From the NCBI GenBank assembly GCA_951406725.2, contig OX597834.1, positions 1,798,001-1,862,000 on the forward strand: DNA of 64,000 nt, in the 5' to 3' direction. Below, one piece after another: positions 62,348-64,000 of this stretch. Made by a program: the position numbers and the translations under genes. This stretch comes from Octopus vulgaris (Eukaryota). Each line of letters opens with the position of its first letter. Positions within the stretch are counted from its first letter, which is position 1. The notes beneath the pieces are model-generated. The model saw nothing but the letters and a program-made list of their open reading frames with translations, was not told the DNA's origin and did not search any database.

Positions 62348-63204
62348 CAAACCCATCCAACCAACATCAACTTGGTGATAGCAGACATCAAAATGATGAT
62401 GAAAACTGCACCGTATCTAAAACCCCAGGGAGAGATATAAAGTTTAATCCCAGCATCACTGAACAGGTTTATGATTAAACCATGTTCCACCCAGGACCAT
62501 CTAGTGTTTCTATTGAGCATTCCATATCTCATCATATGGCTGTAGGAATTCAGGCGCAATCCCATTGTAGGTCAATTTGAACAACAGTCTTCTACTTTAA
62601 CCCCAGAATTTGGTAGACAGGCCCACTGTGAGATAACTTGTTTCTTTAGCAACCCTAATCCACCACCCAGTTTAGTACTTTGGGTATCCTTTAGTAGGGT
62701 CCAATCTGCTGTCACCTACCTTAACCCTACCTTTAGTAGAGTCCACTCCATTATCAGCTAGTTTAACACCACTTCTGGCCCTTGGGTATTGTTGTCATCC
62801 ACCTGAGTGTTTGCTACATCTCCACAGTCAACATTGCCTGCAAACTAAATTGTGTACAGAATAGTTTTGTCACCATTATGTTCATCTCAGAAGAGGCCTG
62901 GTTGATATTGCTATCATGCATGTACACTTTATCACAAATTAGCAGTGCTCCACCCCTGTAGCACCAGAGATTTCTTTTTGCCTCTGTGCTACTACTACTA
63001 CTAATAATAATAATAATAATTCTTTCTACTAAAGGCAGAAGGCCTGAAATTTTGGAGGGAGGGGACTAGTCGATTACATCGACCCTGAAAGGATGAAAGG
63101 CAAAGCCAAGCTCAGTTGAACTTGAACTCAGAATGCCATGACAGGTGAAATACCACCAAGCCTTTCGTCCAGCATGCTAACAATTCTGCCAGCTCGAATA
63201 ATAA

Positions 63205-64000
63205 TATCAGGTCATCCCTAAGTTCTGTCTAATTTTACTTTTTTTAAAATTGAATGAAATTTAAGAGTATTTTAGAATGTCTAATGGAATTAAAAATCAT
63301 TTTTATGCATTTGTGTACATTTAAATTAAATATTATTTTACAGAATAATAGAATTAAAATTTCTTTGATTAAAACCCTTTCTAACATGGAAGTATCCAAA
63401 GAGCATTTGAGGCACATAATGCTTTATGAGTACAAAAGAGGAAACTCTGCAGCCGAAGTGACTCGAAACATACACTCAGTTTATGGGAAAGAATGCTTGA
63501 ATGAAAGAACTTGCAGAAGATGGTTTGCAAAATTCAGAAGTGGAGATTTCAGCCTTGAAGATGAAGATCGAACAGGACGTCCAGTTGAGTTTGATGATAA
63601 GCTCCTTGAGGCTTTACTTGAAGAAAATCCTGCATTATCAGTTGAAGAATTGGCAATAAAGCTTAGTTCAAGCCATACAACTGTCCATCATCGTCTTCAA
63701 AAACTTGGAAAGGTTCCTAAACTTGGAAAATGGGTACCTCATGAATTGTCCGAAAGCAACCACAAATCCCGAGTTGACATCTGCTCTTCTCTCCATTCTC
63801 GTGAACTCATTTCACCCTTTTTAGATCGACTTGTGACTGGTGACGAAAAACAGACCTGCTATCGAAATGTTAAACGTCGTAAACTGTGGCTTGGTAAAAG
63901 GGAAAAGGCTCAACCACAACCGAGAAGGGAACTTCATGGGGAAAAGGTTCTTCTGTATATCTAGTGGGATTGCAAAGGAGTAATTCACTTTGAACTGTTA
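63205..64000 (+). mobile_element. Mariner transposon (SETMAR/Mos1-type transposase pseudogene), runs off the right edge
   Basis: TA-TCAGGTCATCCC terminus; ATG at 63386 MEVSKEHLRHIMLYEY...WFAKFRSGDFSLEDEDRTGRP...GKWVPHEL...LVTGDEK; premature TAG at 63962 in place of the first W of IWWDCKG. Confidence 0.93.

Noticed and set aside
63254-63964. Intact SETMAR-like gene or active transposase
   Set aside because: No SET domain, and an in-frame TAG at 63962 precedes the second and third catalytic Asp; it is a dead mariner copy.

Overview
AT-rich, repeat-dense animal genomic DNA, most likely a cephalopod (Octopus-like), judging from the SINE families and the (AT)n/(AC)n microsatellite load. The left ~27 kb carries, on the minus strand, 16 phase-compatible GT-AG coding exons (5,969 nt, ~1,990 codons) of an EHMT1/EHMT2 (GLP/G9a) H3K9 methyltransferase gene. 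These encode a 4,140-nt low-complexity N-terminal exon (~27 copies of a 12-aa [12 protein letters not shown] repeat, an ARKS histone-mimic motif, a bipartite NLS), two microexons, the Cys-rich region and the ankyrin repeats with an intact methyl-lysine cage. The pre-SET/SET exons must lie beyond the left edge, and the first exon/TSS is unresolved (candidates near 41.7 kb and 49 kb). The rest is intronic or upstream DNA filled with tRNA-derived SINEs, RTE-like LINE fragments, decayed mariner copies, an internally deleted piggyBac nested in a mariner, MITEs, a Helentron-like element, a broken tRNA-Lys(CTT) and minisatellites. The most unexpected signal is a set of minimal type-I hammerhead ribozyme motifs with palindromic helix III (clean copies at 44213-44259 and 50526-50560, plus decayed relatives), as known from Penelope-like elements and retrozymes. 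All calls come from manual reading; repeat boundaries are approximate.
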